Of a stretch of 64,000 nt of DNA, positions 1 to 9,614 are shown piece after piece. The notes under the pieces are model-generated. The model searched no databases and had not been told where the DNA came from. It saw only the letters and a list, made by a program, of their open reading frames with translations. This stretch comes from an uncultured Bacteriovoracaceae bacterium (GTDB lineage: Bacteria; Bdellovibrionota; Bacteriovoracia; Bacteriovoracales; Bacteriovoracaceae). The translations under genes were made by a program, and so were the position numbers. Numbering within the stretch: position 1 is the first letter of the stretch; the number at the start of each line of letters is the position of its first letter. The DNA is taken from the NCBI GenBank assembly GCA_964012805.1, contig CAXGUD010000008.1:32001-96000 (forward strand), written 5' to 3'.

Positions 1-201
1 TAGAAGTTCCCCTTCATTATTTTCACCCCCTTTACTATTACTAGAGTTATTTTCCTGGATAAGGTCGTATAGTATCTTATCTAGCCAAGGCTGCTCATTA
101 GGACGAATTTGGAGCTCTAAGGGCTTATTAAAGTTGAGTTTGTCTACCTTTAGTATTCCATCGGTTAGCTTTATAAGGGGAAGAGTGGCATTTTTGTTCA
201 T
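1..201 (-). CDS. 5' part of a gene running off the window (MNKNATLPLIKLTDGILKVDKLNFNKPLELQIRPNEQPWLDKIL...); possibly DUF177/YceD family
   Basis: Hand-translated open frame from ATG at 201 to the window edge; family guess from weak N-terminal resemblance only. Confidence 0.4.
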   Translation of the reverse strand, partial: MNKNATLPLIKLTDGILKVDKLNFNKPLELQIRPNEQPWLDKILYDLIQENNSSNSKGGENNEGELL

Positions 202-335
202 TTTAAGTCTTTGTTGTTGTGCGTTAAATGTGGCGTTAAGTCAGCTAAGGATTATATTAATTGCCCTTAGAAGTACATAATAAATTGAGGAAGAAGAATT
301 GTTGTGAAAAAGATATAATCATTTTGGAGGATGTA

Positions 336-887
336 TTGATCATTTTGCTTTGTGGTTTTATGGGTTGTGGGAAATCCTTCTTAATGGACTTCCTCCACAA
401 GAATTCAGGAGGTAAAGGGGTATTTTCTGACCTTGATAAGGTGGTGTTAGATAAATTTGGATCTGATGAAAGTAGCTTAAGTGATCTAATTGAAGAAAAG
501 GGGTGGGACTTTTTTAGGGAAAAAGAGTTTTTATGCCTCAAAGAGTTTTTAGACAAAGCAAAAAAGAATAAGGGTTTTTGTGTTCTCTCTTTGGGGGGAG
601 GAAGCTTGAATGAAGAGTCTTTGAAACTTATTAATTCAACTGACAAATCAGTCCTTATTTGGCTTGAAACTTCTTTTGAAAAGTGTTTTGAAAGGATTTC
701 AAGGGATGGAGTTGGAAGAAGACCTCTTTTAAAGAAAGGAAAGGGCTTTATCCATAAACTTTATTTAGAGAGAAAGTCTCTTTATGAGAAGTCTCATATA
801 ACTATCTCAACAGATGACTTAGAAAAAATTAAGGACCTCGACGGTTTAATTGACCTAGTTCATGAGAGAAAAAGGAGAGTAATGTGA
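336..887 (+). CDS. aroK: Shikimate kinase
   Basis: Walker A GFMGCGKS, DLD, FREKE, SLGGG, RPLL motifs; TTG at 336 follows GGAGG, a better start than 261. Confidence 0.9.
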   Translation: MIILLCGFMGCGKSFLMDFLHKNSGGKGVFSDLDKVVLDKFGSDESSLSDLIEEKGWDFFREKEFLCLKEFLDKAKKNKGFCVLSLGGGSLNEESLKLINSTDKSVLIWLETSFEKCFERISRDGVGRRPLLKKGKGFIHKLYLERKSLYEKSHITISTDDLEKIKDLDGLIDLVHERKRRVM

Positions 888-2296
888 CTAACATCGGTCA
901 GGGATTGACCCAAAAATGGTTGGGCGAAAAAGTTATTTCGATTTGTTCCAATGACAAGGAAGTATTAAGAGAGTTTTCGTTAATTTTTAAAAAGATTGGT
1001 ATTGCTCCATGTATTTTTGAAAGCCTTGAAGACTTTTGGCATGAGTCTTTAAAAAGCGGAGCGCCTACTTTAACTATTTTTGATATACGGCTGATGACTC
1101 AGGAGAAACTCATATTAAAAGATCACCCCCTCGTTAAAGCAAGTAAACTGCCATTATGTTTTGTTTACTCAAAAGATACGGAACCTCTTTTATTTTCAAC
1201 CTATGAGATTTTAAACTTAGGGTTAATAAAGCTCTCTAAACATACAACTGGGCAGGTTAAAGCTGTTCTTAAAAGGTTGAATAATTTTACTAAATTGAAT
1301 GAAGAGAACGCTTTTTTGAAGAAAGAAAATGATGAAAAGTTTTTAAAATTATCGAAGAGGGTAGAAGAATTAGGAGAGTCAGATTTTTTTACAAGAAGGT
1401 TAAAGGAAATTTGTAACAGCTTTTCTTCAGAAATTGATGATTCGTTTCTAAAGTCCTGTGCGAAAATATTTGAAAAGATAGAATTTATTAAAGGTTATTC
1501 CTTTTATGAAGTTGGAAGTGTTTCAAAAAAAATTGATTCGCCTGAACTTTTTAACTTCAAAAAATATATAAAATTGCCTAGTTTATGGGGCTCAAATGAA
1601 GGTTTGGATTATATAAATATTGCTTCACAAAAAATGAGTGTCCAGGTCGCATCAGAAATTTTTGATAATGATTTTGTATCTTTGGTTATTAAAGATGAAA
1701 ATAATAAAGGTCAAAAAATTATTTTCTTAAGTCTTAACGATAAGACTTGGTATAATAAATTCGACTTTGCTTTTTTTGAGAAATTTCTAGGCTCTTACTT
1801 TTTGAAATTCTGTATTAAGTCCATAAAAGAATTAAATAAAATAGAAAGTCAGTCTTTAAATTTTTGGTCGTTTCTATCTTTAGTTGAGAAAAAGGGAGGT
1901 GAGAATATCTGCATTGATTTTACTGTATTTCTAAACTCTCTTGTTAATGATAAAATTGATAATTCTCTTGAGTGGGAAAATTTTATAAGAGATTTTATTG
2001 GTGAAGTGAAAAGAGATTTCAATGGTACTTTAAAGTATTCTTTTGATTCAAATATTAGGGTATACTTTTTAACAAGTGAAGATAAGAAAGAAGAATTAAT
2101 AAAGGTTTTAGAGGATGTTATAAGCTCGTTTCCTTACCGGCGTTATTGTTTTAATAACAGCGGAGAGTTTATTTCTTTTGAAAAGCCAAAATTAAATTTT
2201 AACGTTTTTGGCAAAAACTACATAAAAAATCACCGCATAAAAAATCGTGAAAGGGAGCAACCTGGACGTTTTTTTAAGCCCAGTGAATTTCTATAG
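884..2296 (+). CDS. Hypothetical signalling protein: receiver-like N-terminus, coiled coil, possible degenerate GGDEF-like C-terminus
   Basis: 470 aa ORF with AGGAG RBS; LTIFDIRLM / LPLCFVYS / GLIKL resemble REC motifs. Confidence 0.45.
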   Translation: MTNIGQGLTQKWLGEKVISICSNDKEVLREFSLIFKKIGIAPCIFESLEDFWHESLKSGAPTLTIFDIRLMTQEKLILKDHPLVKASKLPLCFVYSKDTEPLLFSTYEILNLGLIKLSKHTTGQVKAVLKRLNNFTKLNEENAFLKKENDEKFLKLSKRVEELGESDFFTRRLKEICNSFSSEIDDSFLKSCAKIFEKIEFIKGYSFYEVGSVSKKIDSPELFNFKKYIKLPSLWGSNEGLDYINIASQKMSVQVASEIFDNDFVSLVIKDENNKGQKIIFLSLNDKTWYNKFDFAFFEKFLGSYFLKFCIKSIKELNKIESQSLNFWSFLSLVEKKGGENICIDFTVFLNSLVNDKIDNSLEWENFIRDFIGEVKRDFNGTLKYSFDSNIRVYFLTSEDKKEELIKVLEDVISSFPYRRYCFNNSGEFISFEKPKLNFNVFGKNYIKNHRIKNREREQPGRFFKPSEFL

Positions 2297-2314
2297 AGGA
2301 GGCTTTAATTTCCG

Positions 2315-3451
2315 ATGAGGTATAGAACAAGACTTTGTGTTGATTTTAATGTTTTGGGTGAAAATTTTAGTTTTCTTAAAACTTTGGTTCCTAAAAATGA
2401 AATCCTATTTATGGTTAAAGCTAATGCTTATGGCCACGGAATGGTTCCGATTGTTCAATACGCTAATAAGGTTCTCGGTATAAAAGAGTTTGGTGTGGCC
2501 ACAATTGAGGAGGGAGCTTATCTACGAGATTCCCTAAGCAATTGTGAATTTGAGGTCTACGTTTTCTCAGATATCCAGTTGGACCTAGGGGTGAATTGGA
2601 ATATTTACAGAAGTAGACGGATTACGCCTGTTTTATCTAGGTTAGAAGATTTAAAAACTTTCCTAGAAAATAGAAGTTATAATCACATTCCTTTGGTTTT
2701 AAAATATAACACAGGTATGAACCGTCTTGGTATTTCTGATAAGGATTTGGAAAAGTCTATTGGTCTTCTTAAAAAATATAATAGGACCCACATATCTCAT
2801 CTTATGTCCCATTTCTCTTCATCTTTTTTATCTATTAATAAAGTAAAAAAAACCAATAACCAATTTAGGGTTTTTAAAGAGCTTAAAAAAATATTTAGAG
2901 ATAATGGAATAACAGTTGAAAAAAGTTCCATTTCAAACTCTGGTGCCATTGAGCAGAAATTCGGACTTGAAGAAAGCCACGTTCGACCTGGCTTAATTCT
3001 TTATGGTCCTTCGAGTCTTTCAAGCGACTTTAGGGAAAAAAGTTTATGGAAAGGAAAAAATATATCGAGTTTAGAAACAACAATTATTTCAACTTTTAAT
3101 GTAAAAAAAGGTGATCCTCTTGGTTATGGTGCAATTCCTTGCCCCGAAGATGGTTTAGTTGGTATTGTTTCAATTGGTTATGGAGATGGCTTTTTAAGTT
3201 CTTATCAAGGAGCAACTTTTTCTTTTAAAGGTCGCCCTGCCAGGGTTGTTGGTCGAATTAGTATGGATATGGCACATATTTTGTTTCCACCATCTCTTAA
3301 AAATGATGTTCATGTTGGAGAAACATTTAGGATATGGGGAGAAGATTCTTCTGAGTTACTTGACCTTTCTGATGAGCTAAAACGGATTCCTTATGAATTA
3401 TTTTGTCAGCTTTCTCCAAGGATACCTAGAGTTTATAATCTAACTCAGTAG
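2315..3451 (+). CDS. alr: Alanine racemase
   Basis: MVKANAYGHG PLP-lysine motif, NTGMNRLG, VRPGLILYG, GYGDG, GRISMD. Confidence 0.97.
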   Translation: MRYRTRLCVDFNVLGENFSFLKTLVPKNEILFMVKANAYGHGMVPIVQYANKVLGIKEFGVATIEEGAYLRDSLSNCEFEVYVFSDIQLDLGVNWNIYRSRRITPVLSRLEDLKTFLENRSYNHIPLVLKYNTGMNRLGISDKDLEKSIGLLKKYNRTHISHLMSHFSSSFLSINKVKKTNNQFRVFKELKKIFRDNGITVEKSSISNSGAIEQKFGLEESHVRPGLILYGPSSLSSDFREKSLWKGKNISSLETTIISTFNVKKGDPLGYGAIPCPEDGLVGIVSIGYGDGFLSSYQGATFSFKGRPARVVGRISMDMAHILFPPSLKNDVHVGETFRIWGEDSSELLDLSDELKRIPYELFCQLSPRIPRVYNLTQ

Positions 3452-3484
3452 TTTAAATAGTTATTAGAAGACTATCTGGGTTGT

Positions 3485-4291
3485 ATGAACAAGATTTATA
3501 AATTTTTTTCCTCAACTGTTGAACAAATTGGTTTTTCTTTAATCAATGGCCTGAGCGGTTTGGGGAGGATAATTAATTTTATTTTTAGGTTCTTTTATTG
3601 GCTTCCTAAGAACCCTTTTCGGTTAAAAGAGTTGGTTTCTCAATTATATGATATTGGAAATAAGAGCCTTTTTATTATTGCTCTTTCAGGGGCTTTTACA
3701 GGAATGGTAATGGCTTATCAGACTTATTTTGGATTTAGGCTTATATCTGTAGATTCTCTTGTTGGTCCTGTTGTTGCATTATCATTAGCAAAGGAGCTTG
3801 CACCTGTTTTATCAGGATTAATTGTCGCTGGAAGATCTGGCTCAGCAATGGCTGCACATATAGGAAGCATGAAGGTTACGGAGCAGCTAGATGCTTTGGA
3901 AGTCATGGGAATAAGTAGTTTTCAGTATCTTGCAGTTCCAAGAATAATAGCAGCATCTCTTTGTCTTCCGATGCTTTCGAGCATTTTTTTATTCGTTGGA
4001 AATGTAGGTTCTTACTTTGTTGGAACGAAGGCTTTAATGATAGATGGAACAATTTATTTTTCCAAACTTGGAAAGTGGATGTTTGTGGAAGATATTGGGC
4101 AAGGCTTAATAAAATCATTTTTTTTTGGTTTTATCATTTCAGTCATAGGGACCTATTTTGGTTTTAAGGTGGAAAAAGGAGCTGCTGGAGTAGGTAAAGC
4201 AACTAACCAAGCCGTCGTTTGGGGAATGATTTCGGTATTAATCTTAGATTATATTTTGACAAGTTTTTTGGTTCAATTTATGGGGGGGTGA
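3485..4291 (+). CDS. mlaE: MlaE-family lipid ABC transporter permease
   Basis: [40 protein letters not shown] signature; GAAGVGKAT. Confidence 0.95.
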   Translation: MNKIYKFFSSTVEQIGFSLINGLSGLGRIINFIFRFFYWLPKNPFRLKELVSQLYDIGNKSLFIIALSGAFTGMVMAYQTYFGFRLISVDSLVGPVVALSLAKELAPVLSGLIVAGRSGSAMAAHIGSMKVTEQLDALEVMGISSFQYLAVPRIIAASLCLPMLSSIFLFVGNVGSYFVGTKALMIDGTIYFSKLGKWMFVEDIGQGLIKSFFFGFIISVIGTYFGFKVEKGAAGVGKATNQAVVWGMISVLILDYILTSFLVQFMGG

Positions 4292-4301
4292 AAAGGATTT
4301 T

Positions 4302-5057
4302 ATGGATTACTTCGAAGAGGAAAAAGCAGTTGATATAAAAGGTCTAACAACTATATTGGGAGGTCAAACTATATTAAACAACTTATCCTTTGGAATACCA
4401 AAAAATAAAATAACAACAATTCTTGGCTTTTCTGGTGCTGGTAAATCTACTTTGTTAAAGCATATTTTGGGTCTTTTAAAACCGACTTATGGTTCGGTAT
4501 TTGTTCTTGGTAAAAACTTAAATGATTTGTCCGAGTTTGAGTTGAAAAAATTTAGAAGGCATTTTGGTATGTTATTCCAATATGCAGCTTTGTTTGACTC
4601 TCTAAGCGCTTATGAAAATGTTGCTTTTCCCTTAAATGAATTTACAGATTTAAGTGAGGACGAGGTGGAAGAAAAAGTTTATGGCCTCCTTGAATCTGTT
4701 GGGATTAAGGTTGACTCTTTTTTTAAGTTACCTTCTGAACTCTCTGGAGGTATGAGGAAAAGAGTTGGTTTAGCTAGGGCCTTGGCATTGGGTCCGGATA
4801 TAATGCTTTATGATGAACCAACTACCGGTTTAGACCCTATAACAACTAAAATGGTCAATGATCTTATATTAAATACCTATAGGAAAAATGTAGATAGAGG
4901 GATGACATCAATAATAATATCCCATGATGTAAAGGTTACATTAGAAATTTCCGACTTTGTGGCTTTTTTAGACCATGGTAAAATTGTAGAGTTTCTTCCT
5001 GTTAAAGATTTTGTGAATTCGCAAAATAAACTAGTCCAGGAATTTTTAGCTTTATGA
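4302..5057 (+). CDS. mlaF: MlaF-family ABC ATPase
   Basis: [42 protein letters not shown]; between mlaE and the MCE gene. Confidence 0.95.
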   Translation: MDYFEEEKAVDIKGLTTILGGQTILNNLSFGIPKNKITTILGFSGAGKSTLLKHILGLLKPTYGSVFVLGKNLNDLSEFELKKFRRHFGMLFQYAALFDSLSAYENVAFPLNEFTDLSEDEVEEKVYGLLESVGIKVDSFFKLPSELSGGMRKRVGLARALALGPDIMLYDEPTTGLDPITTKMVNDLILNTYRKNVDRGMTSIIISHDVKVTLEISDFVAFLDHGKIVEFLPVKDFVNSQNKLVQEFLAL

Positions 5058-6424
5058 GTGAATTGAAGGTAGGTATTCTTGCATTACTCACAATGGCATC
5101 GATTGTCTTTATGTCACTTAAAATAACATCTTTTCAGTCTGGCTTTGGTGAATACATTAATTATCGAACGATTTTAAAAGATGCTTCAGGAATTTTCCCT
5201 AAAACTCCAATCAAAATAGCAGGTATAACGGCAGGAAAGATAAAGAAAATTGAACTTCATGGAAATAGTGCTCTCGTTACTTTTCGAATTTTAAAAAGAA
5301 TTAAAGTCACCGAAGGATCAAGTCTAATTGTTAAATCGGTTGGTTTTCTCGGTGATAAATATTTAGAAATAAAAGTCGTGAGGGGAAAGCCTCGCTTAGA
5401 AGAGAATGGTTTTGTTATAGCAGCTGATAAAGCAGGAATTGAAAATATACTAAAAGATACATCAACTATTTTAGGAGATGTGAAGGATTTAATAGGAGCC
5501 TTGAAAGAAGGGTTAATCTCTAAAGAAGGGGATTCGGAATTAAAGTTAATGATAAGTAACTTTCGTGGTTTGACAATAAATGCTAGAGAGGTTGCAGAGA
5601 ATCTAAAAGAGATTCTTGTTAACAATAAGGGAAGCCTTTCTAATGCAGTCTCAAACTTTGAAAGTCTTTCTAGTGATTTAAAAAGCTCAATTAACAGTAA
5701 GAATGTAGGTAACACCATAGTAAAAATTAAAAACACAATGGGTCATTTAGAAAATTTATCAACTGATATGAAGGAAATAATTTCTGATGTAAAAGAAGGA
5801 AAAGGAACATTTGGTTCTCTTTTAAGGGATGGAGAATTGGCTGATGAAGTTAAAGAAGCTATTTCCTCAGTTAATAAGCTTGTAAGTAGAGTCGATTCCA
5901 TCCGAACAGAGCTATCCTTGTTTAGTGGAGTTGATACAACAGAGGGCTCTTTATCATCGTTAAAATTGAGGGTATTTTCTTCCCCTGAAAGGTTATATGA
6001 ACTTGGTGTAACAACGAGCAAAGAAGGAATAGAGAAAGAAACAAAAAAGACTGTAGTTACCGATGGTGTTGCTTCAGAAACGGTTACAAAGTCTGTCGAT
6101 AAAAATACATTTAAGATTAATGCAATGCTTGGCAGGAAGATTCAGAACTGGGTTTTTAGAGGAGGCGTGATTGAATCTACCGGTGGAGTAGGCGTTGATT
6201 ATCTCAGAAGTGATTGGGGTTCAAAGTTTTCTATGGAAGTTTTTGATTATAGTGAGTCTAAAGGAGCTAATTTGAGACTCTCATCAGAGACCCAAATGTG
6301 GAACGTCATTTATGGAAAAGCAACATTCGATGATATTTTTAATGATGAAAGAAGTGCAACAGTAAGTGCTGGCTTAAAGTTTAATGATGAGGATTTAAAA
6401 GGATTACTAGGATTCTTTTTTTAG
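5054..6424 (+). CDS. mlaD: Long MlaD/MCE protein with helical stalk and predicted C-terminal beta domain
   Basis: N-terminal TM anchor (ELKVGIL), MCE motifs ([21 protein letters not shown]), heptad-like region, beta-strand-rich C-terminus. Confidence 0.88.
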   Translation: MSELKVGILALLTMASIVFMSLKITSFQSGFGEYINYRTILKDASGIFPKTPIKIAGITAGKIKKIELHGNSALVTFRILKRIKVTEGSSLIVKSVGFLGDKYLEIKVVRGKPRLEENGFVIAADKAGIENILKDTSTILGDVKDLIGALKEGLISKEGDSELKLMISNFRGLTINAREVAENLKEILVNNKGSLSNAVSNFESLSSDLKSSINSKNVGNTIVKIKNTMGHLENLSTDMKEIISDVKEGKGTFGSLLRDGELADEVKEAISSVNKLVSRVDSIRTELSLFSGVDTTEGSLSSLKLRVFSSPERLYELGVTTSKEGIEKETKKTVVTDGVASETVTKSVDKNTFKINAMLGRKIQNWVFRGGVIESTGGVGVDYLRSDWGSKFSMEVFDYSESKGANLRLSSETQMWNVIYGKATFDDIFNDERSATVSAGLKFNDEDLKGLLGFFF

Positions 6425-6432
6425 AGAGTGAA

Positions 6433-7161
6433 ATGGAAAAAAACTGGCTTATTAGGACGCATCAAAATCAAATACTTGGACCAATTTCAAAAGAAAGAGT
6501 CATTGAGCTCATAAGAAAAGGTAATCTTATAAGCGAGGATGAGATTTGTTCTGGAAATGGTTTTTGGTTTCAGGTTCGAGAGAAAGAGCTTGTTGAAAAA
6601 CACATTTATAATGATGAAAAACAAAACTTTAACCCGGTTTCAGAAGCAAAAAGCATATTTGCAGAAGGTGAAATTGAAAAATTGGAGGCTTTAGAAAAAA
6701 AAGCTTCTCTTCCCAAAAATGAAGATTTAGAGTTTCCAGAAATCAAAAAATTTGGTACCGAAGAGAGTGAAAAAGATATTTTACCAGAGTCGAATGATTT
6801 AGAGTTTCCAGAAGAGTTGGGTCAAAAGGAGACTCAGGAAAATGAAAAAGCAGATGAAGATAAAATAAAAAAGTCTGAATCATCTGAAAGAAGCATATCC
6901 GAAAAAAAGCCTAGAAGAAAAAAGGCAAGGAAGAAAAAATTGAAAAAAAGATATGAAGTGATTGAAGGGCCAAAAAGAAATGATCGCTTCCTCTTTTACA
7001 TTTTCTTATTGCTACTATTGATTCTCTTAGGCGTTTTTATTTTTTACAAGAATACTCTAAATAGCCTTTTTCCTAAATCAAGCAGTTTCTCTTTGTTTTT
7101 TCCTGATGCTGTCGCCCAAACTGTAGATTTAAAAAAAAAAAAAAGCAGCTTGAACCATTAA
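6433..7161 (+). CDS. GYF_2-like domain membrane protein; probably the 5' part of a frameshifted gene continuing to 8390
   Basis: WLIRT..QILGPIS...IRKGNL..EDEI..GNGFW resembles GYF_2; one TM helix; ends just after an A14 tract. Confidence 0.7.
   Translation: MEKNWLIRTHQNQILGPISKERVIELIRKGNLISEDEICSGNGFWFQVREKELVEKHIYNDEKQNFNPVSEAKSIFAEGEIEKLEALEKKASLPKNEDLEFPEIKKFGTEESEKDILPESNDLEFPEELGQKETQENEKADEDKIKKSESSERSISEKKPRRKKARKKKLKKRYEVIEGPKRNDRFLFYIFLLLLLILLGVFIFYKNTLNSLFPKSSSFSLFFPDAVAQTVDLKKKKSSLNH
6724..6813 (+). repeat. Exact 18-bp direct repeat GATTTAGAGTTTCCAGAA (DLEFPE) at 6724-6741 and 6796-6813
   Basis: Read directly from the sequence. Confidence 0.9.
7128..7145 (+). repeat. TTT-A14-G homopolymer / slippery site
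   Basis: A at 7131-7144; T_TTA_AAA in the upstream reading frame. Confidence 0.9.
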
Positions 7162-7241
7162 TTTTAAAAAAATTCGATATAAATCCCCGCATTACTTTTG
7201 GAGGGGTTTTTTTAGAAACAAACTCCAAGGTACCTAACGTT

Positions 7242-8390
7242 GTGGAAAACTGTAATGAGATGACAACGTTCACATCTCAGATGTTTTTGTCTTTGGGAAT
7301 TGATGAAGATAAGGTTAGAAGCCTTTTGGATAAGTGTAGTGCTGAGGTTTCTAATCAGCATAGAGCATTTTTCGATTTACTATTGGAGAGAAATAAAAAA
7401 AGTCTTTTAAACAAAGCTCCCTTTGATAAACAGGAAAAAAAGGTTTTTTTAGATACCCACAGAAAGAAAAAGCAAGATTTAAAAACAGTAAAAAAATTTA
7501 TATCTTTTTTTGAAGAATTCCTTGTGTTTCTTGGAAGCAAAAAAGACTCCAAAGGAGACCTGGATAAAGCTATCGGGTTTTTATCCAAGGTTGATTCTTT
7601 TGAATCTGTTTATTTAAAAAGCTTAGTTGAAATTCTTTTAGCTTTAAAGTTTGATAACTATTATAGAGTGGAAAAAAGAGTAAAGTTCATCTTAAAAATA
7701 GACCCTGCATACTTTATTTTTAACCCTATTTTCCCAGGAATTAAAAAAAGTGAAAGGATCTTATTGGAGAAGACTCTTTTTAGGGCTTTTGCTTTCATAA
7801 AAGATAATTTAAAAAATAAGACTTTAAAAAAGGTTTTTTTTACTTATCTTAACTTCTATTATTACTTCCAAAAAGATGCATTTAAAGCACTTCTAAAGGA
7901 TATTGATACAAACTGGAGCTTGCTGGATATTCGAGAACTTTCTAAAGATAATCGGAATAGCTCCGAGTACTTATTTTTTCTCTCCTATCTGCTAACCAAA
8001 AAGAAGCTGTATTCGGAAAGATTTTTATTACTTAAGGAACACTTAGAAGAGAAAAAGATAAAAGAAATGAGTTTCTCTGAATTATCTTTATTAGTTGCAG
8101 TTGTCGATAAAGAAATAATAAAAAAGACTTTTTTTAAAAACAAAATAACGAATCTCTTGAGGCAAAAAAATGATTACTACAAATACCTAGTATTTAAAGT
8201 TATGGAATACAAGACTTTAAAAGAACTGATTTCTGGTATTGATAGTAATTATAGAAGAGCAAATTTCCAATTAGAATATTCTTTTTATAGTAAAAAGTTA
8301 ATCTCAAGCCATTTTAAGCACTTTTGCCTTTATAAATTACTCAAATTGGGGCATAAGAAAAAATCAATGCTATGGTGGCTTATTCAATAA
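7242..8390 (+). CDS. Hypothetical alpha-helical protein; frame is open from 7107 and probably continues the upstream gene
   Basis: 382 aa ORF; no stop in this frame between TGA 7104-7106 and 8390; weak RBS at GTG 7242. Confidence 0.65.
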   Translation: MENCNEMTTFTSQMFLSLGIDEDKVRSLLDKCSAEVSNQHRAFFDLLLERNKKSLLNKAPFDKQEKKVFLDTHRKKKQDLKTVKKFISFFEEFLVFLGSKKDSKGDLDKAIGFLSKVDSFESVYLKSLVEILLALKFDNYYRVEKRVKFILKIDPAYFIFNPIFPGIKKSERILLEKTLFRAFAFIKDNLKNKTLKKVFFTYLNFYYYFQKDAFKALLKDIDTNWSLLDIRELSKDNRNSSEYLFFLSYLLTKKKLYSERFLLLKEHLEEKKIKEMSFSELSLLVAVVDKEIIKKTFFKNKITNLLRQKNDYYKYLVFKVMEYKTLKELISGIDSNYRRANFQLEYSFYSKKLISSHFKHFCLYKLLKLGHKKKSMLWWLIQ

Positions 8391-8410
8391 AAATTATTTA
8401 AGAGAAGAAC

Positions 8411-9025
8411 ATGAATCTATCAAAACAAAATGGAGTTATAATTTATCCAACAGATACTGTTTGGGGGATTGGTGGATGTATTCTATCAAAAAAAAATTAT
8501 GATGAAATCAATATAATTAAAAAAATAAATACAAATAAGCCGGTTTCTATACTTTTTTCTTGTATAGATCACATAAGAGAATACTTTGAGCTTCCAAAAA
8601 TAATTTCAGATGATTGGATGGAGTCTTTTTTTTATTTGGAGACAACTTTGGGCCTTCCTATTGAGTGGGCCAAAAAAGATATTCCATCATGGATTTTTCA
8701 AGAAAGTGATTTTGTATGCATTCGTTGCCTCCAAGGAAGCTTTTTTAAAGACCTTGTCGATGGCTTAAAGGGAAAAGCTGTTATAACAACTAGTCTTAAT
8801 CTAAGCGGTGAGGAACCTATTCTTAATAAAGCGGATGCTCAGGCTTTTCATGAGAAACATGCCCCAAGTGCTAGTATAGTCTACTCTGATCAATTGGTTT
8901 TATCAGGCCATTCTTCTACGATCGTTAGATTTTTAAACCCACAAGAAATCGATGTTATTAGAAAGGGTCAACGGTTTGAAGATGTCCTTAAACAACTTGA
9001 AATATTATCAGCCAGAATTTTATAA
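8411..9025 (+). CDS. tsaC: Sua5/YciO/YrdC (TsaC-like) protein
   Basis: YPTDTVWGIG, KP, TTSLNLSGE, SSTIV motifs. Confidence 0.8.
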   Translation: MNLSKQNGVIIYPTDTVWGIGGCILSKKNYDEINIIKKINTNKPVSILFSCIDHIREYFELPKIISDDWMESFFYLETTLGLPIEWAKKDIPSWIFQESDFVCIRCLQGSFFKDLVDGLKGKAVITTSLNLSGEEPILNKADAQAFHEKHAPSASIVYSDQLVLSGHSSTIVRFLNPQEIDVIRKGQRFEDVLKQLEILSARIL

Positions 9026-9614
9026 GTTTTCAGAAGATTCTTTGCTTCTCGCAGAAGAAAGTTCAAAATTAGTTAAAGAGATCTTTCCTGAAGATTTTTC
9101 TATTAAAGGTTTAGATCTTTGTTCTGGTTGTGGAGTTGTGGGTATTGAGACAATGGTACAGTTGGAAAATGTTTCATTTTTTCATTTTCTTGAACTTCAA
9201 AGTTTATTTGAGCCTTTTTTTCAAAAGAATGTTTTCTCTTTTCTGAGTCAGTATCAAAGAGATAAGGTTAAATTCTTTAATGCTAATCTTGATTCATTCA
9301 GTGGTAGCTCCAAAATGAAATACAACTTAATCATTTCTAACCCCCCTTATTTTAAAAAAGGTAAGAATCGGTTGGGCAGTGATAAAAGACGCAATTTATG
9401 TCGTTTTTTTTCAGAGTTAGACTTTTCTAATTTTTTGAACTTTATTTACTTTACTTTAGACAGGGAAGGTATCGTATTATTTTTGGGTAGAGATGGTGAA
9501 GTTTATAATGACATTAAAATGTTTCTGGAAAAAAAGCCTAAAGATTTTGAGATATTTAAATATAAATCATTTGGGATTACCTCTCTTTTCATGGGAAGAT
9601 TTTTGAATAAATAG
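8982..9614 (+). CDS. SAM-dependent methyltransferase, tRNA1(Val) m6A37 (TrmN6/YfiC)-like
   Basis: YYQP..YKFSEDSLLL, LDLCSGCGVVG, ISNPPYF; ATG 8982 preferred. Confidence 0.75.
   Translation: MSLNNLKYYQPEFYKFSEDSLLLAEESSKLVKEIFPEDFSIKGLDLCSGCGVVGIETMVQLENVSFFHFLELQSLFEPFFQKNVFSFLSQYQRDKVKFFNANLDSFSGSSKMKYNLIISNPPYFKKGKNRLGSDKRRNLCRFFSELDFSNFLNFIYFTLDREGIVLFLGRDGEVYNDIKMFLEKKPKDFEIFKYKSFGITSLFMGRFLNK

Noticed and set aside
257..646. Antisense and alternate-frame ORFs throughout the track (e.g. 257-646, 5257-5736, 16672-17100, 23604-23990, 55066-55395)
   Set aside because: Shadows of well-supported genes, with no motifs or RBS
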